Of a stretch of DNA of 64,000 nucleotides, positions 63,601-64,000 are shown piece after piece (within the stretch, counting starts at the first letter, position 1; every line of letters begins with the position of its first letter). The translations under genes were made by a program, and so were the position numbers. Under the pieces are notes generated by a model. It was given only the letters and a program-made list of their open reading frames with translations, ran no database searches and had not been told where the DNA came from. This DNA is from Blasia pusilla (lineage: Eukaryota). The stretch covers positions 49,166,001 through 49,230,000 of the forward strand of contig CM114271.1 of assembly GCA_050084515.1 (NCBI GenBank). Reading direction: 5' to 3'.

Positions 63601-64000
63601 TGATATAATTAGCCCATACCCTTGAAGTCTTGTGGGAGATCAAGCCCAACAGGCTCATTCTCCAAATATCTCCGATCTTCTCCAAGTCCGGGTGGTTCGA
63701 GAGCCATGACCTTGTTCCTACCTCTACAAGACTTGTCCTTGTCTTTGGCAGTGCCCATTGCTGCCACCAAAATCACCCACTAACCTTTATCTTATACCAC
63801 ATCATAGAGTCCATCCTCTACTTCATCTAGCTTCACCCCGAGGCACTCTCAAACTTGAGCTTTACAAGTGGAAGACTTAGTTGAGTCCCAAAGACTCAAC
63901 TAGTTGCCCATTCTATAGGTAATTGAGAATCCGCCAAGCATTAATTCAGTTGAGTCTCACTTAGTGCATATCATCTCTCTAGGAAACATCCTTTCCAAGC

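Overview
Eukaryotic land-plant nuclear DNA. It is probably from a non-seed plant, inferred from a PHD-bearing Ty3/gypsy integrase and group-I-type chromodomains. From left to right the window holds: (1) an intact 7-exon ALA1-like P4-ATPase flippase gene (3121-8919); (2) a nested transposon block, in which a CACTA element lacking its left end (to 31340) carries a full-length chromovirus (18164-24084, TSD CTTAG) inside its transposase and a solo LTR inside its subterminal repeats, flanked by two fragments of a PHD-finger gypsy family; (3) a ~24.8-kb palindrome with ~9.9-kb near-identical inverted arms (36509-46388 / 51399-61289) around a 5.0-kb spacer. Each arm carries a PF14476 (petal-formation-expressed / At4g22030-like) gene, and the two copies have complementary frameshifts. 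The arms differ mainly in their outermost ~0.8 kb, and each arm has one native and one novel junction, which points to arm-to-arm homogenisation plus spacer inversion. The spacer holds a truncated SWIM/MULE-type gene, a strictly 21-bp-phased GGAATGGCTT array, a 72-bp coding repeat and a BED-finger remnant. All counts were made by eye; no database searches were run.
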